Below are positions 41,478-52,998 of a stretch of DNA of 64,000 bases, piece by piece; positions within the stretch are counted from its first letter, which is position 1, and each line of letters starts with the position of its first letter. The stretch lies in the NCBI GenBank assembly GCA_965230485.1, contig CBDDLA010000001.1:3183010-3247009 (forward strand), in the 5' to 3' direction. Source of the stretch: Putridiphycobacter sp. Its GTDB lineage: Bacteria; Bacteroidota; Bacteroidia; Flavobacteriales_D; Crocinitomicaceae. A program made the position numbers and the translations under genes. Below the pieces are notes generated by a model that saw only the letters and a list, made by a program, of their open reading frames with translations, did no database searches and had not been told where the DNA came from.

Positions 41478-42917
41478 ATGAGTAATAAAAAAAATCACGA
41501 AACTATTTGGAGAGATTGCCTTAATGTTATCAAAGATAATGTGTCATTGCAAAGCTTTAAAACGTGGTTTGAACCCATAACACCAATTAAGATTAAGGAT
41601 AAGGTATTGACGATTCAGGTACCATCACATTTCTTTTATGAGTGGTTAGAGGAGCATTACATTGATTTATTAAAAAAAGTCATCAAAAAAGAGATTGGTA
41701 CAGAAGCTAAATTGGAGTATTCAATAGTAATGGATAGGAATACAAGTGCTAAAAAAACACCATACACTGTAAACTTACCTACAAATGATAAAAAGAGTTT
41801 ATCGAACTCTCCAGTATCAATGCCTTTGAATCAAGAGGAAAATCCAATTAAGAATCCATTTATTATTCCTGGTTTAAAAAAGGTAAGTGTAGATTCGAAT
41901 CTGAATCCAACTTATTCGTTTGACAATTTTGTTGAGGGAGATTGTAATAGATTGGCCAGAAGCGCAGGTTTTGCTGTTGCTAATAAGCCTGGAGGAACTG
42001 CGTTTAACCCATTATTGATTTATGGTGGTGTAGGTTTAGGGAAAACGCATTTGGCACATGCCATTGGAATTGGTATCAAAAACCAATTTCCAAACAAAAC
42101 TGTTTTATATGTCAGCGCTGAAATGTTTACACGCCAATTCGTTGATTCCATTAAAAATAATACAACTAATGATTTTGTCAATTTTTATAAATTGATGGAT
42201 GTCTTAATTGTTGATGATGTTCAGTTTTTTGCGGGTAAGGAAAAAACACAAGATGCCTTTTTTTATATTTTCAATCATTTACACCAAACTGGAAAACAAA
42301 TTGTTCTAACTTCTGACAAACCGCCTGTTGAAATGAAAGGAGTTGAACAACGTTTGTTGTCGCGATTTAAGTGGGGATTGTCAGCAGATGTTCAAGCACC
42401 AGGTTTAGAAACAAGAATTGCTATTCTTCAGAAGAAAATTTATGGTAATGGACTTGAATTGCCTGAAGATGTATTAGAATATTTAGCGTATAGCATTAAC
42501 ACAAATATTCGTGAAATGGAAGGTGCATTGACATCTTTAATTGCTCAAGCCACTTTAAATAAAAAAGCCATTACTATTGAATTGGCTAAAAAGATGATTG
42601 ACAAGTTTGTGAAAAACACAGCTCGTGAGATATCTATGGATTATATTCATAAAATTGTATGCGATTATTTCAACTTACCAATTGAATTATTGAAGTCTAA
42701 AACAAGAAAACGAGAAGTTGTTCAAGCCCGCCAAATTGCTATGTTCTTTGCTAAAAAAATGACAAAATGGTCCCTAGCTAGTATCGGTGCTCAATGTGGA
42801 GGTAAAGATCATGCTACTGTGCTTCATGCCTGCAGAACAGTAAATAACTTAGCTGAAACTGATAAGCAATTTAGGGGATATCTAGATGACTTAGAAAAGA
42901 AATTAGCAGTTAATTAA
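41478..42917 (+). CDS. dnaA: Chromosomal replication initiator
   Basis: NPLLIYGGVGLGKTH, DVLIVDDVQF, RLLSRF, NIREMEGAL and domain IV RQIAM..GGKDHATVLHA. Confidence 0.98.
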   Translation: MSNKKNHETIWRDCLNVIKDNVSLQSFKTWFEPITPIKIKDKVLTIQVPSHFFYEWLEEHYIDLLKKVIKKEIGTEAKLEYSIVMDRNTSAKKTPYTVNLPTNDKKSLSNSPVSMPLNQEENPIKNPFIIPGLKKVSVDSNLNPTYSFDNFVEGDCNRLARSAGFAVANKPGGTAFNPLLIYGGVGLGKTHLAHAIGIGIKNQFPNKTVLYVSAEMFTRQFVDSIKNNTTNDFVNFYKLMDVLIVDDVQFFAGKEKTQDAFFYIFNHLHQTGKQIVLTSDKPPVEMKGVEQRLLSRFKWGLSADVQAPGLETRIAILQKKIYGNGLELPEDVLEYLAYSINTNIREMEGALTSLIAQATLNKKAITIELAKKMIDKFVKNTAREISMDYIHKIVCDYFNLPIELLKSKTRKREVVQARQIAMFFAKKMTKWSLASIGAQCGGKDHATVLHACRTVNNLAETDKQFRGYLDDLEKKLAVN

Positions 42918-42933
42918 TTTATAGAAGCTATTC

Positions 42934-42964
42934 AAAATCCTCGCTAATAAGTGGGGATTTTTTG
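42934..42964 (+). terminator. Intrinsic terminator after dnaA
   Basis: AAAATCCTCGC-taataa-GTGGGGATTTT followed by a T run. Confidence 0.8.
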
Positions 42965-42989
42965 TATCGTAAACATTTTTGGTAAGTAT

Positions 42990-43445
42990 ATGAAAATATT
43001 AATGGTTTGTTTAGGTAATATCTGCAGATCGCCGGTGGCAGAAGGAATTTTATTAAAAAAAATTCAAGATCAAGGATTGAATTTATGGGTTGAGTCAGCA
43101 GGTACATCTGGTGCGCATTCTGGTGATTCTCCAGACAGACGTATGCAAAAAACAGCATTATTGAGAGGGGTTGATTTAAGTGATTTAAGATCCAGAAAAT
43201 TTAAGCGAAAGGATTTTAAAAAATACGACCTTATTTACGTAATGGACGAAAATAATTATAATGATGTAATAGCCCTAGCAACAACCAACACTGATAAATC
43301 GAAAGTGAAACTTATTTTGAATGAAATTGAACCAGGCGCTAATAATCCGGTTCCCGACCCATACTATGGAGGGATAGAAGGTTTTGAGAATGTGTTTGAC
43401 TTGTTAGATAAAGCAACAGATTTGATTATTGAAAAGTATAAGTAA
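42990..43445 (+). CDS. Low-molecular-weight protein-tyrosine phosphatase
   Basis: CLGNICRS and DPYY. ATG at 42990. Confidence 0.93.
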   Translation: MKILMVCLGNICRSPVAEGILLKKIQDQGLNLWVESAGTSGAHSGDSPDRRMQKTALLRGVDLSDLRSRKFKRKDFKKYDLIYVMDENNYNDVIALATTNTDKSKVKLILNEIEPGANNPVPDPYYGGIEGFENVFDLLDKATDLIIEKYK

Positions 43446-44153
43446 ATGAAAGGGAAATTATATATCATTCCTATTCCAATCAGTCTAAATACACATAATA
43501 CTGCTCTAACCCAACAAACTATTGAAGTTGCTAAAAATACACGTTTCTTTGTAGTTGAAAAAATCAAAACAGCTCGCCAGTTCTTAAGGGCAATTGATAA
43601 GACGTTTCCTATTGATGATTCCGAATTTTATGAATTGAACAAGCATGGCAATTATGAATTTAATCAGGCTGTACTGAAAAGATTGCAGGATGGTTTTAAT
43701 GTAGGAGTGATGTCTGAAGCAGGCTATCCAGGTATTGCAGATCCTGGTAATGGCGTCGTGCAAATAGCACATAAAAATAATATAGAGGTTGTCCCATTAA
43801 TCGGACCTAGCTCACTTTTTTTAGCATTGGCTGCAAGCGGGTTGAATGGGCAAGGCTTTACTTTCCATGGTTATTTGCCTAAATCTGAAATCGAGAGAGT
43901 AATTGCTATTAAACAATTGAATCAAAACATCTTAAAAACAGGTTTTGCACAAATTTTTATTGAAACTCCTTACAGGAATCAAGCCATATTTGAATCATTA
44001 TTAAAACATGGATTATCAAATATTCAATTAACTGTTGCTATTGATATTACTGGTGTGAAAGAATCTATTTTAACCCAGACTATTGAAAAATGGCGAAAAG
44101 TTAACTTATCATTCGAAAAATCCCCTTGTGTATTTATTTTAGGACAATTTTAA
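43446..44153 (+). CDS. Tetrapyrrole-methylase family SAM methyltransferase (RsmI-like)
   Basis: LYIIPIPI, SEAGYPGIADPG, GPSS..LALAASG and IFIETPYRN. Confidence 0.85.
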   Translation: MKGKLYIIPIPISLNTHNTALTQQTIEVAKNTRFFVVEKIKTARQFLRAIDKTFPIDDSEFYELNKHGNYEFNQAVLKRLQDGFNVGVMSEAGYPGIADPGNGVVQIAHKNNIEVVPLIGPSSLFLALAASGLNGQGFTFHGYLPKSEIERVIAIKQLNQNILKTGFAQIFIETPYRNQAIFESLLKHGLSNIQLTVAIDITGVKESILTQTIEKWRKVNLSFEKSPCVFILGQF

Positions 44154-44188
44154 TTAATCCTTATCTTTGAAAATCAAGTCAAATCATT

Positions 44189-46027
44189 ATGAAAAACTAT
44201 ATCTTCTTTATTTTATTTTTAATCTTCTCAACCAAAATCTATAGTCAGGAATACTGGCAACAACATGTAGATTATAAAATGGATATTGATTTTGATACTG
44301 AAAACAATCAATTTGATGGAAAACAAACCTTAAAGTATACAAATAATTCACCTGACGAATTAGATAAAGTATTTTATCATTTATATTTTAATGCATTTCA
44401 ACCCGGAAGTATGATGGATGTCAGGTCAAGAACAATTAAAGATCCAGATGCAAGAGTAGGTTCAAGAATTGCTGCTTTAAAGGAAGATGAAATTGGTTTT
44501 CAAAATATTATTTCATTGACAATGAATGGAAAACCTACTCAATTCAAAACAGTAGGCACCATTTTAGAAGTAAAACTACCTAATACGATAAAATCTGGTG
44601 AAACGGTCGAGTTTAAAATGAAATTTAGAGCACAAGTGCCAATTCAGATAAGAAGAAGTGGTAGAGATAGCAAAGATGGAATAGATTATTCAATGACGCA
44701 ATGGTATCCTAAAATGAGTGAGTATGACAAAGAGGGCTGGCACGCTAATCCTTATGTTGGAAGAGAGTTTCATGGCGTATGGGGTAATTTTGATGTCATT
44801 ATCCACATGAATGAAAAATATACGATTGGTGGAACAGGTGTTTTACAAAACCCAGGTAATATTGGAAAAGGATATGCTCCAGAAGGTGTGACACCTGAAC
44901 CAAGTGAAAATGGCAAATTAACGTGGCGATTTAAAGCAGAAAATGTGCATGACTTTGCATGGGCGGCTGATCCAGATTATGTTCATGACATTAAAATGCT
45001 CGATAATGGCACTAGGATTCATTTTTTCTACCAACCTGAGGAAGATGACAAGTGGCAAAAAGTTCAATTCCTAACAGTAAGGGCTTTTGAATACGTTAAT
45101 AGAAATTTTGGTGCTTATGCTTATTCTGATTTTTCTATACTTGAAGGTGGAGATGGCGGGATGGAATATCCCATGGCAACATTGGTTACTGCAAGAAGGG
45201 ACCTAAAAGGATTGTTTGGTGTGATTGTTCATGAGAGCTTACATAATTGGTACTATGGTATGTTAGCAACTAACGAGTCAAAATACCCATGGATGGATGA
45301 GGGGTTTACATCTTATGCTGAGGACTATGCAGTAGATCATGTTTTGGACTTAAATCAAAAGCAGCCACTTGCTAATCTTCAAAAATATTATATCCAAATG
45401 GCTATTTCGGGATTGGCAGAACCTTTAACAACGCACGCTGATCATTATAAATTGAATAAAGTGTATTCGGCTTCTGCTTATGGTAAAGGAGCCGTATTTT
45501 TAGATCAACTAAGTTATATTGTAGGGCACGAAACTTTTATGAAAGGAATGATGCGGTATTACAATGAATGGAAGTTTAGGCATCCTACACCATCTGACTT
45601 TAAGCGAATAATGGAAAAAGAGTCAAACTTAGAACTCGATTGGTATTTCGAACATTTTATTGGAACCATTAATGTTATTGATTATGGTATAGTTTCAGTC
45701 AATAAAAAAGATAAATCATCCATAGAGCTAAAGTTAAATAGGAAAGGAGGTATGCCAATGCCGCTCGATATTACAGTTACACTCAATGATGGCACCTTAA
45801 AGAACTATTATATACCTCTGACCATCATGAGAGGTGAGAAAATAACTGATAGTAAATTTCCAAATTTAGCTGCAGTGAGCGAAGATTGGCCATGGACTAA
45901 TCCTGAATTTACAGTTTGTTTAGACGTTAAAATGGATGATGTAAAAGGAATTGAGATTGATGCTTCACAGAGGTTAGCTGATGTAAATAGAATAGATAAT
46001 ATATACCCTAAAGCAGATGAGAAATAA
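44189..46027 (+). CDS. M1 family aminopeptidase
   Basis: GGMEY, HESLH, WMDEG and YGKG, with a signal peptide. TATCTTTG promoter at 44162-44169. Confidence 0.93.
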   Translation: MKNYIFFILFLIFSTKIYSQEYWQQHVDYKMDIDFDTENNQFDGKQTLKYTNNSPDELDKVFYHLYFNAFQPGSMMDVRSRTIKDPDARVGSRIAALKEDEIGFQNIISLTMNGKPTQFKTVGTILEVKLPNTIKSGETVEFKMKFRAQVPIQIRRSGRDSKDGIDYSMTQWYPKMSEYDKEGWHANPYVGREFHGVWGNFDVIIHMNEKYTIGGTGVLQNPGNIGKGYAPEGVTPEPSENGKLTWRFKAENVHDFAWAADPDYVHDIKMLDNGTRIHFFYQPEEDDKWQKVQFLTVRAFEYVNRNFGAYAYSDFSILEGGDGGMEYPMATLVTARRDLKGLFGVIVHESLHNWYYGMLATNESKYPWMDEGFTSYAEDYAVDHVLDLNQKQPLANLQKYYIQMAISGLAEPLTTHADHYKLNKVYSASAYGKGAVFLDQLSYIVGHETFMKGMMRYYNEWKFRHPTPSDFKRIMEKESNLELDWYFEHFIGTINVIDYGIVSVNKKDKSSIELKLNRKGGMPMPLDITVTLNDGTLKNYYIPLTIMRGEKITDSKFPNLAAVSEDWPWTNPEFTVCLDVKMDDVKGIEIDASQRLADVNRIDNIYPKADEK

Positions 46028-46496
46028 AGATGTCGAACGCACAATATCACATTTAAAAATAGGTCGCACCACCTGTTTAAAACTAATTGAAGGTTTGTCT
46101 CATCAGCAACTAACTAAAATACCTGAAGGTTTTAATAATTCCATTTATTGGAATATTGCTCATTTAGTTGTTACCCAGCAACTATTGCATTATAAATTGT
46201 CTGATTTACCAACTTATCTCAATGAAGATTTTATTAATGATTTTAGAAAAGGCAGTAAAGCTAAAGCTAATTATGTTGAAGAAGATTGGCAAAACATTTT
46301 AAAGCTATTTACCAGTTTACCAGATAAATTGTTGTTAGACTTTGAACAAGGAAAATTCAAGACTTTTACTGAATATTCGACCAGTTTCGGGGTCACATTG
46401 AAAACGATCGAGGACGCTTTATCATTTAATAATATTCACGAAGGCCTGCATATTGGTTATATGATGGCGTTGAAAAGAGCAATCTCTGCTCAATAA
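46017..46496 (+). CDS. DinB/YfiT superfamily protein
   Basis: IPEGFNNSIYWNIAH and NNIHEGLHIG His triad. Confidence 0.85.
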   Translation: MRNKDVERTISHLKIGRTTCLKLIEGLSHQQLTKIPEGFNNSIYWNIAHLVVTQQLLHYKLSDLPTYLNEDFINDFRKGSKAKANYVEEDWQNILKLFTSLPDKLLLDFEQGKFKTFTEYSTSFGVTLKTIEDALSFNNIHEGLHIGYMMALKRAISAQ

Positions 46497-46524
46497 TAAA
46501 GGGTAAGCTACTAACTACACTGTA

Positions 46525-47448
46525 TTATTTGATCGGAAACATCACTTCTGTCACTAAATCCTCATTTGCTGTATTAAAAGGAGAATTTTTATAGACTTCA
46601 AAAGGATCTTGCTTCTTATTGTGTTTAAATTCTTTGTTTCGTTGCATCATCATTTGCATACTCCACGCGTTACCCAAATGCTCATAATCACCAGTGAGTC
46701 GAACTAAGTTAACAGGTGTACTTTCAATTTTACCAGTTTTCATTCCAGGAGCTAATTTGTCAGGTTTTGATTCTACAAAAGCACCAATAGTGAATGTTGT
46801 GGCCATATTTTTCATATCCCATTTATGGTAAATTGAAACGATTTCTTCATTGGCGACCAGATTATTCTCCTTGATAAACGTTTTTAGTTGCGGAATTTTT
46901 TCGCTCATTGTTAGTCCCATTTTATTCATTGGACTAGTGGCGGTATAACCGATATAGGTTTTTTCTGTAAAAGAAGCTTTTGGTTCATGATCTAACTCAC
47001 AATCTACTTTCCCTTTTTCAACAAGGTCCTTTAACATCTTTAAACCACGATCAAAGTCCATCCCTATCATATTTTGCATCATGGTTTTCATCCAAAACAT
47101 GAAAAAAGGCAAACTACTATGCATTTCCCAAATCACCTCGGTGCTATTTCTTTTTTCGTTTAAAGAATACTCAATTTTGGCATGTGATTTCCAAGGCTTA
47201 AGAAAAGTTAAATCGGCATTAATGGTTTTATTTTCTACCTCATTTGTTATCTGCATTTCACCAGCTCCAATTCTACCACCTTCCCAACTAAAGAACTTCC
47301 CGCCTTCAGCAACATCAACTTTAGCCTCTTTTTCTAAAATAGCCCAAGGCGACCAAGCGGTCCACTCATCAAAATTATTTAAATAAGGAAATACTTTTTC
47401 GGAAGGTGCATCTATAGTGATGCTTCTTTTAATATAAGTTTTAGGCAT
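46525..47448 (-). CDS. SRPBCC domain fused to a GyrI-like ligand-binding domain
   Basis: W.AWSPW, WEG..IGAG, DFDRGL..LK, C-terminal G.YEHLGNAW and PFEVY.N.P. Confidence 0.82.
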   Translation of the reverse strand: MPKTYIKRSITIDAPSEKVFPYLNNFDEWTAWSPWAILEKEAKVDVAEGGKFFSWEGGRIGAGEMQITNEVENKTINADLTFLKPWKSHAKIEYSLNEKRNSTEVIWEMHSSLPFFMFWMKTMMQNMIGMDFDRGLKMLKDLVEKGKVDCELDHEPKASFTEKTYIGYTATSPMNKMGLTMSEKIPQLKTFIKENNLVANEEIVSIYHKWDMKNMATTFTIGAFVESKPDKLAPGMKTGKIESTPVNLVRLTGDYEHLGNAWSMQMMMQRNKEFKHNKKQDPFEVYKNSPFNTANEDLVTEVMFPIK

Positions 47449-47529
47449 GGCATTGAATTTTCAAATGTTCAGCTAAAAGTAATAAAAAAAGTGAAAACAA
47501 TTCATTGAAGAGTTTTAGTCAAGATATAA

Positions 47530-47847
47530 TTACCTGCTCTTAAACCCATAATAAAGCATTAATCCAGCTTGACTTTCGTCAACTTTAACTTCATAAGTAA
47601 CACCAGTTTCGCAGTGACATGCTTCGCAACTAATATATCGCTCTCCATCAACTCTTATTTTTAAAGGGATTATACCTTCTGCTTTTAAAAATTTTTCCAA
47701 GTTGTCTCTTGATCTATTATGACTATCTTCATCTGTCCAAAAAGGGTAGCAAACTGTCTCTTCATAAATCATCCATTCTCCATCTGTTGTTTTCGCGCAA
47801 CTTGCTATTAATAATAACAAGAAAGCAATTGGTATTAGCTTTTTCAT
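47530..47847 (-). CDS. Small Cys-containing lipoprotein
   Basis: Lipobox IASC and a CEACHC motif. Confidence 0.72.
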   Translation of the reverse strand: MKKLIPIAFLLLLIASCAKTTDGEWMIYEETVCYPFWTDEDSHNRSRDNLEKFLKAEGIIPLKIRVDGERYISCEACHCETGVTYEVKVDESQAGLMLYYGFKSR

Positions 47848-47894
47848 AAAATAAAGTTTGGTTAATCTAATACAAATTCCATTCCAATATTGGC

Positions 47895-47902
47895 TCCTTT
47901 AT
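47895..47902 (+). promoter_or_regulatory. -7 promoter element (TATATTTG) for icmF
   Basis: Exact TAnnTTTG match 35 nt upstream of the ATG. Confidence 0.6.
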
Positions 47903-47937
47903 GTTATATTTGTTTTTCTCAATAAATTAAGTTGTAA

Positions 47938-50900
47938 ATGGAAACAGTGGCTCCCTATAAACCAAAATATAAAGTTAGAATTGTAACTGCCGCCTCTTTA
48001 TTTGATGGGCATGACGCAGCCATCAATATCATGCGTAGAATCATTCAATCAACGGGTTGTGAGGTTATTCATTTGGGGCACGATAGAAGTGTAGAGGAGG
48101 TAGTGAATTGTGCCATTCAAGAAGATGTGCAGGCTATTGCAATGACAAGTTATCAAGGCGGTCATACTGAATATTTGAAATACATGTACGACTTATTGAA
48201 TGAGAAAGGTGCTGGTCATATTAAAATTTTTGCAGGTGGGGGTGGTACTATATTACCTACCGAAATTGAAGAATTACATGCTTATGGCATTACTCGAATT
48301 TATCATCCAGATGATGGCAGGGCCATGGGCTTACAGGGAATGATTAATGACTTGGTCAAGCAATCGGATTTTGCTGTCGGGAATCAATTAAATGGTGAAA
48401 TAAACCATTTGGTTGATAAAAAAGTGACATCTATAGCCAGACTTATCTCTGCTGCCGAAAACTTTCCTGATGCATCTTCAGAAATTCTTGATAAAGTTCA
48501 TGATTTAGCCAAAAAAGTAGATACGCCTATATTAGGAATTACGGGGACAGGTGGTGCTGGAAAATCTTCATTGGTAGATGAATTAGTACGTCGCTTTTTG
48601 ATTGATTTTAAAGATAAAAGTATAGCCATTGTTTCCGTTGATCCGTCAAAGCGAAAAACAGGAGGGGCGCTACTAGGTGATAGAATCAGAATGAATGCGA
48701 TTAAAAATAATCGTGTATACATGCGCTCGTTGGCTACCCGACAATCTAATTTAGCATTGAGCAAACATGTATCTGAGGCACTTGAAATTCTAAAAGCTGC
48801 AAATTACGATTTAATTATTTTAGAAACTTCTGGAATCGGTCAGTCAGATACAGAAATTATGGACCATTCAGATGTTTCACTATATGTCATGACGCCTGAA
48901 TTTGGAGCAGCCACTCAGTTAGAAAAGATTGATATGCTTGATTTTGCTGACTTAGTTGCAATTAATAAATTCGATAAGCGCGGTAGTTTAGATGCCTTAA
49001 GAGATGTGAAAAAACAATACATGCGAAATCATGGTTTGTGGGAGGTTAATCAAGATGATTTACCTGTGTTCGGTACAATTGCTTCTCAATTTAACGATCC
49101 TGGCATGAATACCTTATACAAAGCGATCATGGATAAATTGGTGGAAAAAACATCTGCTAAAGATCTAAAAACTAGCTTTGAGATTACCTCTGAGATGTCG
49201 GAAAAAATATTTGTTATTCCACCATCAAGAACACGCTATTTATCTGAAATTTCAGAGAATAATAGAGCGTATGATGCTTGGGTAGTTGAACAACATCAAA
49301 TTGCACAGCAGCTGTTTGGGATTTATAAAACCATTGAAACCATTGCAGAATCTGAGGTGCTGATTAATACAGTTGGCATTGAAGAAGATATAACTGTGGC
49401 AGACGATAAAAAAGACTTTCTTAACCTTTTACTAAAAGAGTTTGCTAAAATTAAAATGGATATTGACCCTTATAATTGGGAACATATTGTGAATTGGGCT
49501 GATAAAGTAAAGCGGTATGCCGATCCGCTTTATGTATTTAAAGTACGTGATAAAGAAATTAAGATTGAGACCCATTCAGAATCTTTATCACATTTACAAA
49601 TTCCAAAAATTGCTCTCCCAAAGTATTCGGCCTGGGGTGACTTATTAAAATGGATTTTACAAGAAAATGTACCAGGAGAATTTCCATATGCGTCAGGTCT
49701 ATATCCTTTCAAAAGACAAGGTGAGGATCCTTCTAGAATGTTTGCAGGTGAAGGTGGTCCAGAAAGAACCAATAAGCGTTTTCACTATGTGAGTGAAGGT
49801 ATGCCAGCTAAAAGGTTATCAACTGCTTTCGACTCCGTTACACTTTACGGAAACGATCCAGATAAGCGGCCAGATATCTATGGAAAAGTAGGAAATTCGG
49901 GTGTTTCTATTTGTTGCTTAGATGATGCAAAAAAATTGTATTCAGGTTTTGATTTATCACATCCGCTTACCTCTGTTTCCATGACCATTAATGGTCCAGC
50001 TCCAATGCTCCTCGGATTCTTTATGAATGCTGCAATTGATCAAAACTGTGAAAAGTACATCAAGGAAAATGGATTGGAAGCAGAAGTTAAGGCTAAGATT
50101 GCAGCAAAGTATAAAAAAGCAGGAACACAACCACCTGCCTATCAAGGAGAGTTACCTGAAGGAAATGATGGACTTGGGTTAATGCTCTTGGGTGCAACAG
50201 GAGATGAGGTTTTACCCATTGATGTTTACCAAAACATAAAAAAAGAAACCTTATCTCAGGTTAGAGGAACAGTACAAGCAGATATTTTAAAAGAAGACCA
50301 AGCGCAGAACACTTGTATTTTTTCTACTGAATTTGCATTAAGATTAATGGGTGATGTACAAGAGTATTTCATTGATAAAGGGGTGAGAAATTTTTACTCG
50401 GTCTCAATTTCCGGGTACCATATTGCTGAAGCTGGAGCAAATCCAATTACACAATTGGCCTTAACCTTGGCAAATGGGTTTACGTATGTAGAATATTACT
50501 TGAGTAGGGGGATGGATATTAATGCATTTGGCCCAAACTTATCATTCTTCTTTTCGAATGGAATTGATCCTGAATATGCTGTGATTGGTCGAGTGGCAAG
50601 AAAAGTATGGGCAAAAGCATTGAAACTAAAGTATAAGGCTAATTCAAGGGCGCAAATGCTAAAGTACCACATTCAAACGTCTGGAAGGTCCCTGCATGCT
50701 CAGGAAATTGATTTTAATGACATCAGAACAACGCTACAGGCCTTATATGCCATTTATGATAATTGTAATTCATTGCATACGAATGCTTATGATGAAGCGA
50801 TTACCACACCAACAGAAGAATCAGTTCGACGTGCCATGGCCATTCAATTAATCATTAATAAAGAATTAGGCTTAGCCAAAAATGAAAACCCAATTCAAGG

Positions 50901-51363
50901 GTCATTTATTATTGAAGAGCTAACTGATTTAGTGGAAGAAGCTGTATTGGTAGAGTTTGATAGAATTACTGAAAGAGGTGGGGTTTTAGGAGCTATGGAA
51001 ACCATGTACCAACGTTCAAAAATACAAGAAGAAAGTTTGTATTACGAAACCTTGAAGCATAATGGTGATTTTCCAATTATAGGGGTAAATACTTTTTTAA
51101 GTAAAAAAGGGTCACCAACAATTGTGCCTGCTGAGGTAATAAGAGCAACAGAGAAAGAGAAACAATACCAATTAAGTATGTTATCTAATTTGCATCAAAC
51201 CAATGCTGACCAAATTCCTGAGACCTTAAAGCGTATTCAAATGAAAGCGATTCAAAACGAAAATATTTTTGAGGAGCTAATGGAAGCTACAAAAATATGT
51301 TCGTTAGGCCAAATTACCAACGCGTTATTTGAAGTAGGTGGACAGTACAGAAGAAACATGTAA
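47938..51363 (+). CDS. icmF: Fused isobutyryl-CoA mutase / MeaI GTPase chaperone
   Basis: B12 domain DGHDAAIN, GTPase GTGGAGKS and NKFD, mutase RMFAGEG (Phe) and [12 protein letters not shown] (Gln), which distinguish it from methylmalonyl-CoA mutase. Confidence 0.92.
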   Translation: METVAPYKPKYKVRIVTAASLFDGHDAAINIMRRIIQSTGCEVIHLGHDRSVEEVVNCAIQEDVQAIAMTSYQGGHTEYLKYMYDLLNEKGAGHIKIFAGGGGTILPTEIEELHAYGITRIYHPDDGRAMGLQGMINDLVKQSDFAVGNQLNGEINHLVDKKVTSIARLISAAENFPDASSEILDKVHDLAKKVDTPILGITGTGGAGKSSLVDELVRRFLIDFKDKSIAIVSVDPSKRKTGGALLGDRIRMNAIKNNRVYMRSLATRQSNLALSKHVSEALEILKAANYDLIILETSGIGQSDTEIMDHSDVSLYVMTPEFGAATQLEKIDMLDFADLVAINKFDKRGSLDALRDVKKQYMRNHGLWEVNQDDLPVFGTIASQFNDPGMNTLYKAIMDKLVEKTSAKDLKTSFEITSEMSEKIFVIPPSRTRYLSEISENNRAYDAWVVEQHQIAQQLFGIYKTIETIAESEVLINTVGIEEDITVADDKKDFLNLLLKEFAKIKMDIDPYNWEHIVNWADKVKRYADPLYVFKVRDKEIKIETHSESLSHLQIPKIALPKYSAWGDLLKWILQENVPGEFPYASGLYPFKRQGEDPSRMFAGEGGPERTNKRFHYVSEGMPAKRLSTAFDSVTLYGNDPDKRPDIYGKVGNSGVSICCLDDAKKLYSGFDLSHPLTSVSMTINGPAPMLLGFFMNAAIDQNCEKYIKENGLEAEVKAKIAAKYKKAGTQPPAYQGELPEGNDGLGLMLLGATGDEVLPIDVYQNIKKETLSQVRGTVQADILKEDQAQNTCIFSTEFALRLMGDVQEYFIDKGVRNFYSVSISGYHIAEAGANPITQLALTLANGFTYVEYYLSRGMDINAFGPNLSFFFSNGIDPEYAVIGRVARKVWAKALKLKYKANSRAQMLKYHIQTSGRSLHAQEIDFNDIRTTLQALYAIYDNCNSLHTNAYDEAITTPTEESVRRAMAIQLIINKELGLAKNENPIQGSFIIEELTDLVEEAVLVEFDRITERGGVLGAMETMYQRSKIQEESLYYETLKHNGDFPIIGVNTFLSKKGSPTIVPAEVIRATEKEKQYQLSMLSNLHQTNADQIPETLKRIQMKAIQNENIFEELMEATKICSLGQITNALFEVGGQYRRNM

Positions 51364-51460
51364 AAGCTGCTTTTTGTAAATGCTGAATAAGTTTTTTCTT
51401 TTTAACGGTACCAAAGACGTGTATTTGACGTTATTTCACTTGAATGATTAAATATAGAGG

Positions 51461-52888
51461 ATGAAGGATTGGTCTTTAGGAATTATCTTAATGTTTTGTG
51501 CTGGAGGGTTAAACGCTCAAGAAAAGTTTGGTTCTGTTCACTCTAATTATACACCTACTAATTCAGTTCATTTAAATCCATCATCTATGTTAGATGCTAA
51601 AACATGGCTTGATATTCATGTGGTAGGTCTTGGAAGCTACTTTAATAATTCTTTTGCAGCTATTGAAAACCGATCGTGGATTAATGTTTTGACACAACAA
51701 AATGTGGATGTAAGTCAACTACTTTACAGAACGAATCGAAATAATTACCATGCCTACAGTCGAAATGACGTCAGTGCATTATCGGCAGTACTCAGTCAGG
51801 GTGATCATGCCTTCGGATTAAGCTTTAATGGATTTGCTTATTTAGATGTTAGAAGGTTAGACAATACGATTGCTGAACCTTTATCTAGAATATTTCAAAA
51901 TGAAAATGTGACAGATTTTACAAATCTTGACGTTAATCGACTTCGTTTAAACGCGATTAGCTATGGAGAAGTTAAACTATCATATGCCTATACATTTAGA
52001 AAAATATACAAAGACATGTTAATGTTTGGAGTTTCGGTAAAAAAAATCTTTCCATTAGCAGGAGGTGCTGTAAAAATTTCTGAGGCAAATTATAACTTCG
52101 AAACAAATAATCTTTTATCAATAAATAGTTTACAAGCGGACGCAATGTTAAGTCAGAGTGGAGAGTTTCTTTTATTAGGAGGTGAAGGAATTGACCTGGG
52201 TTTTACCTATCAAAAGATGAAGGACAGACCCAGTACTTATTTCCCCAATTCAACCAAAAGTGGTTGCAGGCCTAAATTTTATAAATACAAAATAGGTGTT
52301 TCACTAGTTGATTTTGGTGCCATAAGATTTAGGAGATCAAGCACGGATGCCTATGCTATTGCTTTAACAGATACCGTTCGTATCAGTATTGATTCAAATT
52401 CTACTGTGGAGTCTACTGTTGGTACTATCAATACTGGTGATGAAGCAGCCACGATTAATAGGCCGAATAAAATGAGCCTGTCAACTGTTTTTAGTTTTCA
52501 ATTTGACTATAATGTATGGAACAATATGTTCTATGTTAATGCTACAGTTGTACAAGGAGTCCCACCTTTTAGCGGTTCATACGGGGTTCGTCGTGCGAAT
52601 AGCTTGTCTATTACGCCACGTTTAGAAACAAAGTGGTTTGATGTGGCTATACCATTTTCTCTTTATGAGTACAGAACCCCTCAATTAGGATTTAGTATGA
52701 GAATTCGCTCATTAACAATAGGTACGGATAAGCTTTTAGGAATTGTTTTACCGTCAGATTTATATGGAGCTGATATCTATGCACAGCTAAAAGTGCCCAT
52801 ATTTAAAAATCCTAAATGTAAAGATAGAGGGGTTAACAGCAAAAAAAGTCGTAGAAAAAGAAAAAAATTATGCGAGGCCTATTGGTAA
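51461..52888 (+). CDS. DUF5723-like outer-membrane beta-barrel protein
   Basis: Signal peptide, SNY......LNPS, GIDLGFTYQ, YKIGVSLVDFG.I and a basic Cys-containing tail. Confidence 0.72.
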   Translation: MKDWSLGIILMFCAGGLNAQEKFGSVHSNYTPTNSVHLNPSSMLDAKTWLDIHVVGLGSYFNNSFAAIENRSWINVLTQQNVDVSQLLYRTNRNNYHAYSRNDVSALSAVLSQGDHAFGLSFNGFAYLDVRRLDNTIAEPLSRIFQNENVTDFTNLDVNRLRLNAISYGEVKLSYAYTFRKIYKDMLMFGVSVKKIFPLAGGAVKISEANYNFETNNLLSINSLQADAMLSQSGEFLLLGGEGIDLGFTYQKMKDRPSTYFPNSTKSGCRPKFYKYKIGVSLVDFGAIRFRRSSTDAYAIALTDTVRISIDSNSTVESTVGTINTGDEAATINRPNKMSLSTVFSFQFDYNVWNNMFYVNATVVQGVPPFSGSYGVRRANSLSITPRLETKWFDVAIPFSLYEYRTPQLGFSMRIRSLTIGTDKLLGIVLPSDLYGADIYAQLKVPIFKNPKCKDRGVNSKKSRRKRKKLCEAYW

Positions 52889-52998
52889 TGATATCGCTTT
52901 TTGTTAAAATTTATTGTTAATGCTATTCTGATGTTGTTTATTCAACGATTTTCAATTCAACCTTAGATTTTTTTTACTTTTATTGCAAATCCTATGTT

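Noticed and set aside
47848-47937. Cobalamin riboswitch upstream of icmF
   Set aside because: Only 90 bp of AT-rich DNA with a promoter, and no B12-box structure.
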